Positions 20,006 to 33,855 of a stretch of DNA of 64,000 nt are shown here, piece after piece. The notes below the pieces were generated by a model. That model worked only from the letters and a program-made list of their open reading frames with translations. It had not been told where the DNA came from and did not search any database. The stretch is from an uncultured Acidobacteriota bacterium (GTDB lineage Bacteria > Acidobacteriota > Vicinamibacteria > Vicinamibacterales > 2-12-FULL-66-21). Within the stretch, counting starts at the first letter, position 1; the number at the start of each line of letters is the position of its first letter. The stretch is from the NCBI GenBank assembly GCA_963797625.1, contig CAWCQI010000043.1, forward strand, positions 9,587-73,586. The letters are read 5' to 3'. The position numbers and the translations under genes were made by a program.

Positions 20006-20947
20006 TCAGATATAGATGGCATCAATTGCTCGAACGGAGAGCGCATCTTCGCGGGGCTCCGGACGGTCCTCGCCCCGCTCGTCCCAGACGTCCGCTTCGA
20101 CGATGGCGCGGATCTCCGGGTTCGTTGCGCGCCTCGCGCACCAGCTCGGCAGCGCGGATCCGAGAAGCCCCACTCGCGAACGTCGATCATGAAGCTGAAA
20201 CGCGAGATGAGCGGACCCCGCGTGTAGATCCAGCTCGTCCGGTGTCCTCGGCGCGCGTCCGCTGCGCGCCTGCTCGAGCAGCCGCGTCGAAGACCCATTG
20301 CGGGCACGTTCGACCGGTACCCGGGGTAGACGTAGTTGAACATCAGCAGCTGCGCCAGCAGCAGCGGCCAGTGCTGGCCCGCGCGGCGGACCAGGCGCTC
20401 CCAGTCGAGCGTGTCGCCCAGGCACAGGATCAGGTGGACGACGTCCGACATGTCGTGGCGATGCCGCTCGCCGATGAAGAGGCGGTGCCAGATCAGCTCT
20501 TCGGCGCGGCGCAATCCGGACCGGCGTCGCGGCGAGGATGCCCGGGCGGCTGTGCGCTGATCCACTCCTCGTCGATGCGAGCGACGCCGTTGCCCATGCC
20601 GTAGATGAGGTCGACGAAGTGAGTCGCCGATCGTCGCCTTGGCGAGCCAGTGGGGATCCTCGAGCCGCGTGACGAAGCCGGCGTCGCGGAGCGCGCGCGC
20701 CGCCGGCACCACCGACTGCCGGCTCGAAGAAGAGATCGAGGTCCTTCGTCTTGCGGTAGATCCCGGTGTGCTCGTAGATCGCGTAGGCGCCGGCGACGAC
20801 GTAGGGAATGTTCGCGGCGTTGAGCGCCTCCAGCGCGCGCTTGTAGATCTCGCGCTCCTCGTCGGGAATCCAGAAATCGCCGTGCGTGACCGATTTTCGC
20901 TCTTCGGCCGTCAGCCGGCGCGGCCGGCGGCCTTTGAGATTCGCCAC
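20006..20947 (-). CDS. uncharacterised nucleotidyltransferase-family protein (frame-broken)
   Basis: IPYVVAGAYAIYEHTGIYRKTKDLDLFF (NTase GxxA...DxD-like), later ELIWHRLFIGERHRHDMSDVVHLI. The pieces lie in ORFs 20006..20947 and 19789..20712. Confidence 0.5.
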   Translation of the reverse strand: MANLKGRRPRRLTAEERKSVTHGDFWIPDEEREIYKRALEALNAANIPYVVAGAYAIYEHTGIYRKTKDLDLFFEPAVGGAGGARAPRRRLRHAARGSPLARQGDDRRLTSSTSSTAWATASLASTRSGSAHSRPGILAATPVRIAPRRRADLAPPLHRRAASPRHVGRRPPDPVPGRHARLGAPGPPRGPALAAAAGAAADVQLRLPRVPVERARNGSSTRLLEQARSGRAPRTPDELDLHAGSAHLAFQLHDRRSRVGLLGSALPSWCARRATNPEIRAIVEADVWDERGEDRPEPREDALSVRAIDAIYI

Positions 20948-21900
20948 GTCAACCTCCTGCGGCCCGCGTCAGGGTGACATGGACCCGCTCCGCGCGGGGA
21001 GCTCGAATGAAATCGACGATCAGGCAGCACGGGAGCGACGCCTTCCACGCGTCGCGGCCGTCCGGCGGGCGACTTGCGGGCGCGGACGCCCTTCGCCCGG
21101 GGCGCGGCGCCCTTGCGAGACGATCGTCCCGTTCCTTCCAGGCTCCGGCGGAGGCGCTCCATCAGGTCGACGACGTTGCTGTCGCGCGATTGGGCCGGGG
21201 GTTCGAGCTCCGCCTCCTTTCCCTTCTTGCGCGCCTCGATGATGCGCAGCAGGTTCTGGCGGTAGTCGTCGGTGTACTTCTCAGGCTCCCAATCGGCTGC
21301 CAGCTCGTTGACGAGCATCCGCGCGGTCTTCATCTCCGCTGGCCGCACGCTTTTCGCCGAGGGGAAGCGATATTCCGAGGTGGCGACGAGCTCGTCGGCG
21401 AACCGCAGGGTCGAGAGCACCAGCGCGTCGTCGATCACCTCGAGGGCGGCGAGGTGCTGGCGATCGCGCAGGACGAACTTGGCGACCCCGATCCGGCCCG
21501 CCTCGCGAATCGTCTCGCGCAGCAGCACGTAGGCGCGCTCGCCCGACGACGAGGGCGTGACGTAGTACGGCTTGTCGAAGAAGCGATCGTCGATGTCCTC
21601 GGCCTTCACGAAATCCAGGATGTCGATCGTGCGGGTCTTCTCGATCGCCGCCGACTCGAAGTCCTCGGGCGTCGAGCACGACGAAGCGGCCCTTGCGAGT
21701 ACTCGTAGCCGCGCACGAGGTCGTTCCAGGCCACCGGCTTGTGGGTCTTCTCCGAGACGCGCTCGTACCGCACCCGGGCATGGTCCTTGGCCGTCAACAG
21801 GTGGAAGCGCAGCTGGCGATCGCTTCACCGCCGTGTGCACTTCGATCGGGATGCTGACCAGGCCGAAGGTGATCGCGCCTTTCCAGAGTGGCCGTGCCAT
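20911..21900 (-). CDS. ku: Ku protein, non-homologous end joining (two internal frame breaks; 3-prime end uncertain)
   Basis: MARPLWKGAITFGLVSIPIEVHTA, then LTAKDHARVRYERVSEKTHKPVAWNDLVRGYEY in ORF 21606..21797, then FFDKPYYVTP...LLRETI. Confidence 0.85.
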   Translation of the reverse strand: MARPLWKGAITFGLVSIPIEVHTAVKRSPAALPPVDGQGPCPGAVRARLGEDPQAGGLERPRARLRVLARAASSCSTPEDFESAAIEKTRTIDILDFVKAEDIDDRFFDKPYYVTPSSSGERAYVLLRETIREAGRIGVAKFVLRDRQHLAALEVIDDALVLSTLRFADELVATSEYRFPSAKSVRPAEMKTARMLVNELAADWEPEKYTDDYRQNLLRIIEARKKGKEAELEPPAQSRDSNVVDLMERLRRSLEGTGRSSRKGAAPRAKGVRARKSPAGRPRRVEGVAPVLPDRRFHSSSPRGAGPCHPDAGRRRLTWRISKAAGRAG

Positions 21901-21910
21901 GTGGGCTCCT

Positions 21911-22844
21911 TCAGAGGGCGGCTTGGTCCGAGGTCGGGAACCCGTGCTGACGCCGGCCCTCGTCGCCCTCGTGCTTCGCGGTCGTCTTGTACAGCTCGAA
22001 GCGGCCGTCGGCTGCCCAGCTTCGCGATGCGTGTCGCGGTAGCGCTGTCATCTGCGTCTGCGCGTCATCGGCTGGAAGCCCGCTGCGATCGCGGAGGTTC
22101 TGCTTCAGCACCTTCATCGAATCGATGCCGCTGACCGTCGTCGCCACCGGCAGGCTCATCGCGTAGCGCAGCGCGTCCGCGACCGTGACCGCCTCGCTTC
22201 TCGACCGGCGTGCCGTCTCCGCCGAGGCTCTTCATCCCGATTGGCGCGATGCCGCGCCGCTTGAGCTCGGGCAGCACCTGCTGCTCGAAGCTGCGGAAGG
22301 TGGCGTCGAAGCCGTTCAGCGGCAGCTGGCAGCGTCGAACGGAAAGTCGTGCGCCAGCATCCTCAGGTGGATGTCCGGATCCTTGTGGCCGGTGAACCCG
22401 ACGTAGCGCACCTTGCCCTGCGTCCCGCGCTTGTTCGAGCGCCTCGACCACGCCGCCCTTCGCGAAGTGCAGGGCCGGGTCGTTGTCGTAGACGCACTCG
22501 TGGATCTGCCACAGGTCGAGGTGGTCGGTCTGCAGCCGCTCGCAGCGACTCTTCGAGCTGCCGCATCGCGGTGCGGCGCGTCGCGGCCGTGCGTGCAGAC
22601 CTTGGTCATCAGGAACACCTGGTCGCGCCGGCCCTTGAGCGCCTTGCCCATGCGGATCTCGCTGTCGCCGTCGTGGTATTCCCAGGCGTTGTCCATGAAG
22701 GTGATGCCGGCGTCGATGGCGGCGTGGACGACGTTGATGGCTTCGCTTCACCGTTCCAATCGTGCCGAGGTGATAACCGCCAAGCCCGATGATCGAGACG
22801 AGATCCGGGTGCCGGCCGAAGCGTCGTGGTCGGAATCGGGTCAT
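21911..22844 (-). CDS. aldo/keto reductase (multiple frame breaks)
   Basis: IIGLGGYHLG, DNAWEYHDGDSEIRMGKAL, TDHLDLWQIHE and VRYVGFTGH segments in three frames. Confidence 0.75.
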
Positions 22845-22892
22845 GTGGCATGCGTGTCCTCGCTGTGCAAAGAAGGTTCCAGTTGTCGCGAC

Positions 22893-23643
22893 TCAGGCCG
22901 AGCGCCACGCGGCGCGGCCGACGAAGAACGGGCCGAGGCGGTCGAGGTAGAGCGAGGTCTGCTGGGTCTTGCGCATCGACTGCACGACGCCGACAGCGGG
23001 AAGAGCTCCTTGCCGATGAGCCCGATGACGAAGTCGTTGTCGTCGCGGTCGAGCCCGTGGCACGCGAGCCGGACGTCGTGGGCGTAGTCGGCGGCGCCGA
23101 ACGCCTTGCCGATGGCGCCGTGCTCCGCGAGGATGGTGCGCTGCTCCTCGGCGGTCAGCTGCGCGAAACGGCCGCTGCGCCGGAGCGGATACCAGATGGC
23201 CCAGCGCCAGTCGGGGTTGAGCACGGTCCGCCGCGGCCGGTCGACGAGCGCATCCTCGAGGTCCGGCTCGTAGCCCGAGCGAGTAGGTCCGGCCGAACAT
23301 CGTGAGCTCCGGCTTCTGCGTGTAGCCGGCGAATACGCCCGATGTACAGGCCGGCCGGACGACGTCGACGAAGATGTCGGGGCTGCGGCCGAGCGTCAGC
23401 AGCGCGATGCCGCGCGGATCGTTGAGATCCTCGTAGAGCACGCCGGTGACCTTCGAGGCTGACAGGTGCACGGCGGCCAGCTGCAGCGTCCGTGCACCCG
23501 CTGAATGCCAGCAGCTGCATGAACAGCCGCTCGTCGGACCGTTGCGGCTGCCCGTTTTTCAAGCCGCCGTTCTCGCTCAGGTCCGGCGGCTCCAGCCGGG
23601 CGCGTCCGGTCGGGCGTGCCGACCCCTGCTCGTCAGTCATCAT
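22893..23643 (-). CDS. chlorite dismutase (Cld/HemQ-like) family protein (about 3 frame breaks)
   Basis: WRWAIWYPLRRSG...EHGAIGKAF...ACHGLDRDDNDFVIGLIG...MRKTQQTSLYLDRLGPFFVG. Confidence 0.7.
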
Positions 23644-23755
23644 CCTCGTTATCTCCCCGGTTGCCGCGCCCGGTCAAGCCGCACGGCCGCACCTTGCGGT
23701 TGACGCGCTTCCGGCCGGCCGCTACGCTGGAAGGCTGACCGTCCATACATTCTTT

Positions 23756-24055
23756 ATGTCCAGTACCGACCATCGTCTCGCGGCGCACGCCCACGTGGAG
23801 TCGCTCATCACGCTGCTGGCCGCCCAGCCCGACCAGGAAGCGGTCGCACCACTCATCGAGGAGTGCCGATCGCTGGCACGCGCCATCCAGGCCTTCCACA
23901 TGGAAGGTATCCGCTTCCGCATGTTCAACGTGGACCGCCTTCTGGCGCGTCCCGGCGCGCCGCTGCCGGAGCCTGCATCGCGGCTCTTCGCTGAGACGCG
24001 CCAGGAGCTCGAAGAGGCGGGATTCCACACCCGATCCCACCAGGCTCCAGGATAG
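23756..24055 (+). CDS. hypothetical protein
   Basis: Internal Met of track ORF 23492..24055 (MSSTDHRLAAHAHVESLI...). No motif recognised. Confidence 0.35.
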   Translation: MSSTDHRLAAHAHVESLITLLAAQPDQEAVAPLIEECRSLARAIQAFHMEGIRFRMFNVDRLLARPGAPLPEPASRLFAETRQELEEAGFHTRSHQAPG

Positions 24056-24138
24056 CCCGGCTGGCGAGCCGGCCCAGGTCGCGGACCGGCGCGCGGCACG
24101 TTACAATCAAAGGGTAATCAGCTCAGGGCCAATTCCCC

Positions 24139-24480
24139 ATGCAGAAAGTGACCCCGTTGACGGACGCCGCGGAGCTCGACGCGGCTATTGCCGAGTCGCG
24201 CACGCGTCCGGTCCTGGTTTTCAAGCACAGTCGGAGCTGCGGTGTCAGCCATGAAGCGCTCGACGCGTTGCACGAGCACGTCGAGCGGGCGGGCACCGGC
24301 GCGGCGTACAAGATGATCATCGTCCAGAGCCACCGGACCGTCTCGGACCACGCCACGCGGCGCCTCGGAGTCCGCCACGAAACACCCCAGGTCATTCTGC
24401 TCCGCGATGGCATGCCGGTGTGGAGCGCGTCGCATTTTGGCGTAACCGCCGAAGAGCTCGACCGCCGGATCACCGCCTGA
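24139..24480 (+). CDS. ytxJ: YtxJ-like monothiol thioredoxin-fold protein (DUF2847)
   Basis: [14 protein letters not shown] single-Cys motif and [11 protein letters not shown]. About 113 aa, the typical size. Confidence 0.65.
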   Translation: MQKVTPLTDAAELDAAIAESRTRPVLVFKHSRSCGVSHEALDALHEHVERAGTGAAYKMIIVQSHRTVSDHATRRLGVRHETPQVILLRDGMPVWSASHFGVTAEELDRRITA

Positions 24481-25379
24481 CCGGCGTCGCCTCCCACAAC
24501 CACGCCGCCCCGCGGACGCCGCTCGAGTCGCCATGCGCCGCCCGCAACAGCCGGGTGTCCACGCGATCCGAGAAGACGTAGCGCTTCCAGATCGTCGGCA
24601 CGGTCCCGTAGAGCCGGTCGACGTTCGACAGGCCGCCCCCGAGCACGATCACCTCCGGGTCCACGACGTTGACGACCGCAGCAAGCGCCCGCGCCAGCCG
24701 CTCTTCGTAGCGTTCCAGCGAACCGACGGCGGCCTCGTCTCCGGCCGCCGCTGACGCGACAATGGAGAGCGCGTCGGCGCGTGCGCCGCTCTGCGACTCG
24801 TGATCCAACGACAGCCCGGGTCCGGAGAGCAGCGTCTCGATGCACCCCGTCCGGCCGCAGTAACACGGTGGTCCCGGCCATTCGGCCGCCGTCGGCCACG
24901 GCACCGGGTTGTGGCCCCACTCTCCCGCAATAGCGTTGATCCCCACGACGACCCTGCCATTGACGACGAGGCCGCCGCCGACGCCGGTGCCGAGGATCAC
25001 GGCGAAGACCGGCGAGCCACCCGCCGCGGCGCCATCGGTCGCCTCGGAGAGCGCGAGGCAGTTCGCGTCGTTCGCCAGGCGCAGCTCGCGCGCCAGCCGC
25101 GCCGACAGATCGGCGCCGAACGCGCGTCCGTTGAGCCACGTCGAGTTGGCGTTCTTGACCAGCCCCGTGGCCGGCGAGATCGCCCCGGGCATACCGACGC
25201 CAACCGTCGACGGTCCGACGTTCCGATTCGGCATCGAGTACCAGGCGTGCGATCGCTTCGATCGTCCCCTCGTAGCTGCCCCGCGGCGTGAGCACGCGGC
25301 GGCGCAGGACCTCGCGGCCATCCTCATCCATCGCCACGACCTCGATCTTCGTCCCGCCGACGTCGACGCCAATCCTCAC
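24470..25379 (-). CDS. ROK family sugar kinase (one frame break near 25215)
   Basis: [36 protein letters not shown] and [15 protein letters not shown] (ROK Zn motif). The GTG start overlaps the HAD stop (GTGA). Confidence 0.8.
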
Positions 25380-26117
25380 GCCCCGCTCCGTTCGACCCGC
25401 CCCGTCACCGCCGCCTCGAAGATCGCCGGCAGCACCTCGGCCGGCTCCAGCGATCGAATCTCCAGGACATCGTCGGCCTGCTCGGGGCGTGGCCGTCCGT
25501 GCGGGTTGAGCCACACCGCCCTCATGCCCGCTGCGCGCGCGCCCGCGATGTCCGTGTTCCACGCGTCGCCGATCATGACCGCCTCGGTCGCCGGCGTGCC
25601 GAGCTGCGCCAGCGCCATCCGGAAGATCTCGGGATCGGGCTTCGAGACTCCGGCGCTCTCGGAGATGACGACAGCGTCCACCAGTCTGTCGAAGCCGCAG
25701 AACCGGAGCTTGTCTTCCTGCTCGCGCGTGAGGTTGTTGGAAACGATGCCGACCCGTACCCGCGCGCGCAGGGCGCGGAGCAGGCTGGTCGCGCCTGCGA
25801 CTTCGCGCCAGGACGTCATGTAGCGCGCGCGGTACGCCGCCGCGGCGGCCGCCGCCAGCGTCTCGTCCGCATCGACCCCGGCGCTCAGGAACAGTCGGCG
25901 GAAGCGCTCGCTGCCTGGCCGCGTCGAGACCAAGCGTCCCCCTCAAGACCTGGAGGTGCAGGACCTCCAGGATTTCGGCGTGCTGCCGCTCCAGTTCCCC
26001 GGGAGCAAGTGCGGCGATCGACATGTGCGTGTCCCGCACCGCTTCGAGCGCCTGGCGGGCGGCGTGCCCGTGATCGAAGAGCGTGTCGTCGAGGTCGAAC
26101 AGGACGCTGCGAATCAC
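25376..26117 (-). CDS. HAD-IA family hydrolase (one frame break near 25935)
   Basis: VLFDLDDTLF (motif I), IVSNN (II), KPDPEIF and IGDAWNTDIAGARAAG (III/IV). Confidence 0.75.
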
Positions 26118-26185
26118 GCCCGTGCCTCCCGGCGGACACCGGCCGGCAAGTCGGAGTCGAAAAGGCGGCATGCTAAACTCAAGTG

Positions 26186-28253
<2,068 letters not shown>

Positions 28254-28297
28254 CTACCTGCATTGACCGCATCGCTGTGCACTTCTGTGCACGCTCG

Positions 28298-29831
28298 ATG
28301 ATTCTGCTCGACGGCTCGTCGCTCACGCTCGAACAGCTGCGCCATCGCCGATGGCGGCGCCGACAGTCGGGCTGGCGCCGGCCGCCGCGCGCGCGCGTCG
28401 ACGCGTCGCGCGCGGTCGTCGATCGCAAGGCGGCCGGCGACGAGCCGGTCTACGGCATCAACACCGGCTTCGGCGCGCTCGCCGAGACCGCGATTCCGCG
28501 CGACGCGCTCGGCGCGCTGCAGCTGAATCTGCTGCGCAGCCACGCCGCCGGCGTCGGCGAGCCGCTGCCGGTCCGCGCCGTGCGCGCGTCGATGGCGCTG
28601 CGCGCCAACGTCCTGGCGAAGGGCTTCTCCGGCATCCGGCGCGCGACGCTCGAGCTGCTGCTCGCGCTGCTCAACCGCGGCGTGCACCCGTGCGTGCCGA
28701 GCCGCGGGTCGGTCGGCGCCAGCGGCGACCTCGCGCCGCTCGCGCACCTGGCGCTGGTGCTGGTCGGCGAAGGCGACGCGACGGTCGGCGACGATCCGCG
28801 CGTCGTGCCCGGACGCGACGCGCTCGACGCCGCCGGCCTCGAGCCGGTCGACGCTCGGACCGAAGGAAGGCCTCGCGCTGATCAACGGCACGCAGCCGTC
28901 GACCGCCGTCGCCGCGCTGGCGCTGGCCGGCGCCGAGCGGCTGGCGCGCGCGGCCGACATCGCCGCCGCGCTGTCGATCGACGCGCTGCGCGGCTCGATC
29001 CACCCGTTCGACGCGCGCATCCACGCGGCGCGGCCGCATCGCCGGGCAGCGCGACGTCGGCCGCCAACATCCTGCGCGCTGCTCGAGGGCAGCGCGATCA
29101 ACAAGTCGCACGAGAACTGCGGCCGCGTGCAGGACGCCTACTCGCTGCGCTGCGCGCGCGCAGGTCCACGGCGCCGCGCGCGACGCGCTCGCGCTTCGTG
29201 CGCGACATCGCTCGACGATCGAAGCCAACGCCGCGACCGACAACCCGATGGTGTTCGCCGACGCAGGCGACATCGTCTCCGGCGGCAACTTCCACGGCGC
29301 GCCGGTCGCCATCGCCGCCGACCTGCTGGCGATCGCGCTGGCGCAGCTCGCGACGATCAGCGAGCGGCGCTCCGATCGGCTCGTCAATCCGGCGCTGAGC
29401 GGCCTGCCGCCGTTCCTCACGCCGCGACAGCGGCCTGCAATCCGGCTACATGATGGCGCAGGTCACCGCCGCGGCGCTGACGTCGGAGATCAAGACGCTC
29501 GCGCATCCGGCGAGCGTCGACACGATCCCGACCTCGGCCAACCGCGAGGATCACGTCAGCATGAGCATGGGCGCCGCGCTGAAGGCCGAGCGCGCGCTCG
29601 AGCTCGCGACGCGCGTCGTCGCCATCGAGATCCTGTGCGCGTGCCAGGCGATCGATCTGCTCGCGCCGCTCGCGACGTCGCCGGCGCTGCAGCGCGTGCA
29701 CGCGCGCGTGCGCGCGCGCGTGCCGACGCTCACCGACGATCGTCCGCCGGCGCCCGACATCGAGGCGATCGCCGCAGCTGATCGTCGACGGCGTCGCTGC
29801 GATCGCGCGTGCGGCAGTAGAAGTCAAGTAA
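28298..29831 (+). CDS. hutH: histidine ammonia-lyase (multiple frame breaks)
   Basis: [23 protein letters not shown] (Ala-Ser-Gly MIO motif), TDNPMVF and [10 protein letters not shown]. Confidence 0.9.
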
Positions 29832-29850
29832 GAAATTTTTCAATTTCAAT

Positions 29851-29879
29851 TTGACAACGCGCGCGTACGTTTTTAGATT
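29851..29879 (+). promoter_or_regulatory. candidate sigma70-type promoter for hutU
   Basis: TTGACA (29851-29856), 17-nt spacer, TAGATT (29874-29879). It sits inside a ~60-bp AT-rich island, 70 nt upstream of the hutU ATG. Confidence 0.4.
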
Positions 29880-29949
29880 GCTAACCTTCATCGCGCGCGC
29901 ACTCGCACGTCGACGTTGCGACGGTCGACGCTGCCAACGACCGTTCATC

Positions 29950-31638
<1,689 letters not shown>

Positions 31639-31642
<4 letters not shown>

Positions 31643-32843
31643 TGATTCCGGAGCGTCCGTCGCTCGAACGCCGCGTGCTCGCGGCGCTCGACGGCATCGG
31701 CCGGAGCCGGCCCGCGCATCCCGGTGGTGCTCGGCGGCTGCGGCACGCGGCCGCACGTCGCTGCTGCTGCGCCTGCGCGACCTGATCGGCCGCATCGCCA
31801 GTCGCAGTACATCGACGTCGAGCGGATCGCGACGACGCCGGAGCGGTTCCTCGCAGTCGATGCGCGAGCGCGTCGCCGTTCCCGCGCACCCGTACGGCCA
31901 CGGCGGCCGCCGGAGCCCGGCGCGCGCGACGCGTTCGACGCGACGCTCGCGTTCCTCGACACGGCGCGCGCGCCGGGCGACGCGCCGGCGACGTTCCTGC
32001 TCGACGAGTTCCTCGAGCTGCGGACGTTCGAGAGCTTCCCGGGCCTGCGCACCGTGCTGCGCGACCTGATCGGCGCGCTGGCGTCGAGCGGCAACCGCTT
32101 CGTGCTGACGACGCCGCTACGTCGCGCGCGCGCATCGGCTGCTGCGCGACGCGCCGGCGCAGTTCGAGATCATCCACGTCGCGCCGCTCACGCCGCCGGA
32201 GATCCGCGCGACGCTGCCGCGCCACGCCGAATCGGCGGCGCGCCAGCGCGATCCGCGAGGACGAAGACGACCGCGCACGCGACGAGCTCGCGCGGCTCGT
32301 GCAGGCGCTGTCGGACGGCCGGCCGGCCTACGCGCGCGCTGATCGCCGAGACGTCGGCGGCATCGATGGCCGCGCGGCGCCGCCGATCCGGTCAGCGCGC
32401 TGGCGGCGCTGCTCGCGCCCGGCGGCGCGCTCGCCGGCGCCTGCCGCTTCTGCTACGAGCTGCGCCTGCACCGCGCGCGCGGCTACGGCGCGCTCAAGGC
32501 GATCCTCGACGTGCTCGCCGAGGAGGAACCGCTGACGCTCACCGAGATCGCGCTGCGCCTCCGCCGCACGCCCGGCTCGACGAAGGACTACCTGTCGTGG
32601 CTCGAGGACGTCGACCTGATCGTGTCGCGCCAGAAGCGCTACAGCTTCGCCGACCCGATGCTGCGCCTGTGGGTCCGCCTGCACTGCCGCCCCGTGCCGC
32701 CGACCGACGAAGACATCGCGCGCGAGGTGCACGCCTACGTGCTCGGCGCGGCTGCCGCAGTGCCGAGCCGGCGCTGGCGCTCGCCGGCGCGGCAGCCGGG
32801 CGCCGAGCGCGAGAAGACCTGGGGAATCATCGAGATCGACTAG
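31639..32843 (+). CDS. ATP-binding protein, Arch_ATPase/ATPase_2-like with C-terminal winged-helix (multiple frame breaks)
   Basis: [18 protein letters not shown]-loop-like, FLLDEFLEL Walker-B-like, and C-terminal [30 protein letters not shown]. The ATG overlaps the likely hutU stop (ATGA). Confidence 0.55.
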
Positions 32844-32880
32844 ATCGATCGACTGAGCTGACGGTCGGGCTAGCCGTCGG

Positions 32881-33610
32881 CTACGCGTGTCGCCGCGCCG
32901 TCAGCCGGTTCCAAGCGCCTGCTCTGGCGGCCGCCTGCGCCGCTTCCTTCTTGCTCCGGCCTTCCGCCTGCGCGAGCGCCTCGCCGCCGACCAGCACTTC
33001 GACCTCGAACGCTCCGGTGATGCGCCGGGCCGATCTCCGCCGGCGAGGCGGTAGACCGGCAGGCCGCGGTCGTGCGACTGCAGCCATTCCTGCAGCGCCG
33101 ACTTGTAGTCCTCGGTGAACGCGGCGTGCGCGCCGGTGCGGCGCGCCTCCTCGATCAGGTCCTGCGAACTGCCGCTCGATGAAGCGCTGCGCCGGCTCGA
33201 TGCCGCCGTCGAGGTAGATCGCCGCGATCAGCGCCTCGTAGCAGTCGGCGATGATCGCGTGCTTGCGCCGGCCGCCGGTCTTCTCCTCGCCGCGGCCGAG
33301 GATCAGGAACTCGCCGAGGTCGAGTCGCTCCGCCAGCCGCGCCAGCGACGCCGCCGAGACGAGCGACGCCTTGAGCTTCGACTTCTGCCCTTCGTTGTGC
33401 TGCGGGAACTCGCGGAACAGCATGTCGGCGATGACGAAGCCGAGCACCGAGTCGCCGAGGAACTCCAGCGACTCGTTGTCGAAGACGCCGCCGCTCGCGT
33501 CCTCGTGCACGCGCGAGCGGTGCGTCAGCGCGTGCTCGAGCAGGCCGCGGTCGCGGAAGCGGTAGCCGATGCGCGCGCTCGAGCGGCTCGAGCTCGGCGC
33601 CGAACGGCAC
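32881..33610 (-). CDS. rnc: ribonuclease III (frame breaks; start approximate)
   Basis: LGYRFRDRGLLEHALTHRS, ESLEFLGDSVLG signature, GRGEEKTGGR, ADCYEALIAAIYLDGG, and a dsRBD tail ...FEVEVLVGGEALAQAEGRSKKEAAQAAA. Confidence 0.8.
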
Positions 33611-33847
33611 GACGCGCGCCGGCGCCGACCTCGTCGCGGTGGCTGTCGATGATCCGCGCGCGCCTGCGTCCGCGTCGCTCGGCGCGCGACCGCGCACCCG
33701 CATGCTCGTTCAGCGAGAGCGGAAACGGCGTGCGCGAGATGTCCGACGCGATCATCGCCGGCGATGCCGTGCGCCTCGAGCAGGCCGCGGACGACGTCGG
33801 CCTCGATCTGGCGACGGCGTGCGGAAGATGACGACGAGGTCGGTCAT
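33611..33847 (-). CDS. DUF2007-like small protein (putative signal-transducing domain; frame-broken, 3-prime end uncertain)
   Basis: MTDLVVIFRTPS / EIEADVVRGLLEAHGIAG / MIASDISRTPFPLSLNEHAG pieces lie in three successive frames. Confidence 0.4.
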
Positions 33848-33855
33848 GCGCCGCG

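Noticed and set aside
24123-26171. 682-aa minus-strand ORF spanning three genes
   Set aside because: Only short stretches are real: the ROK N-terminus [15 protein letters not shown] and the HAD N-terminus VLFDLDDTLF. The rest is out-of-frame read-through antisense to ytxJ and across the ROK and HAD genes.
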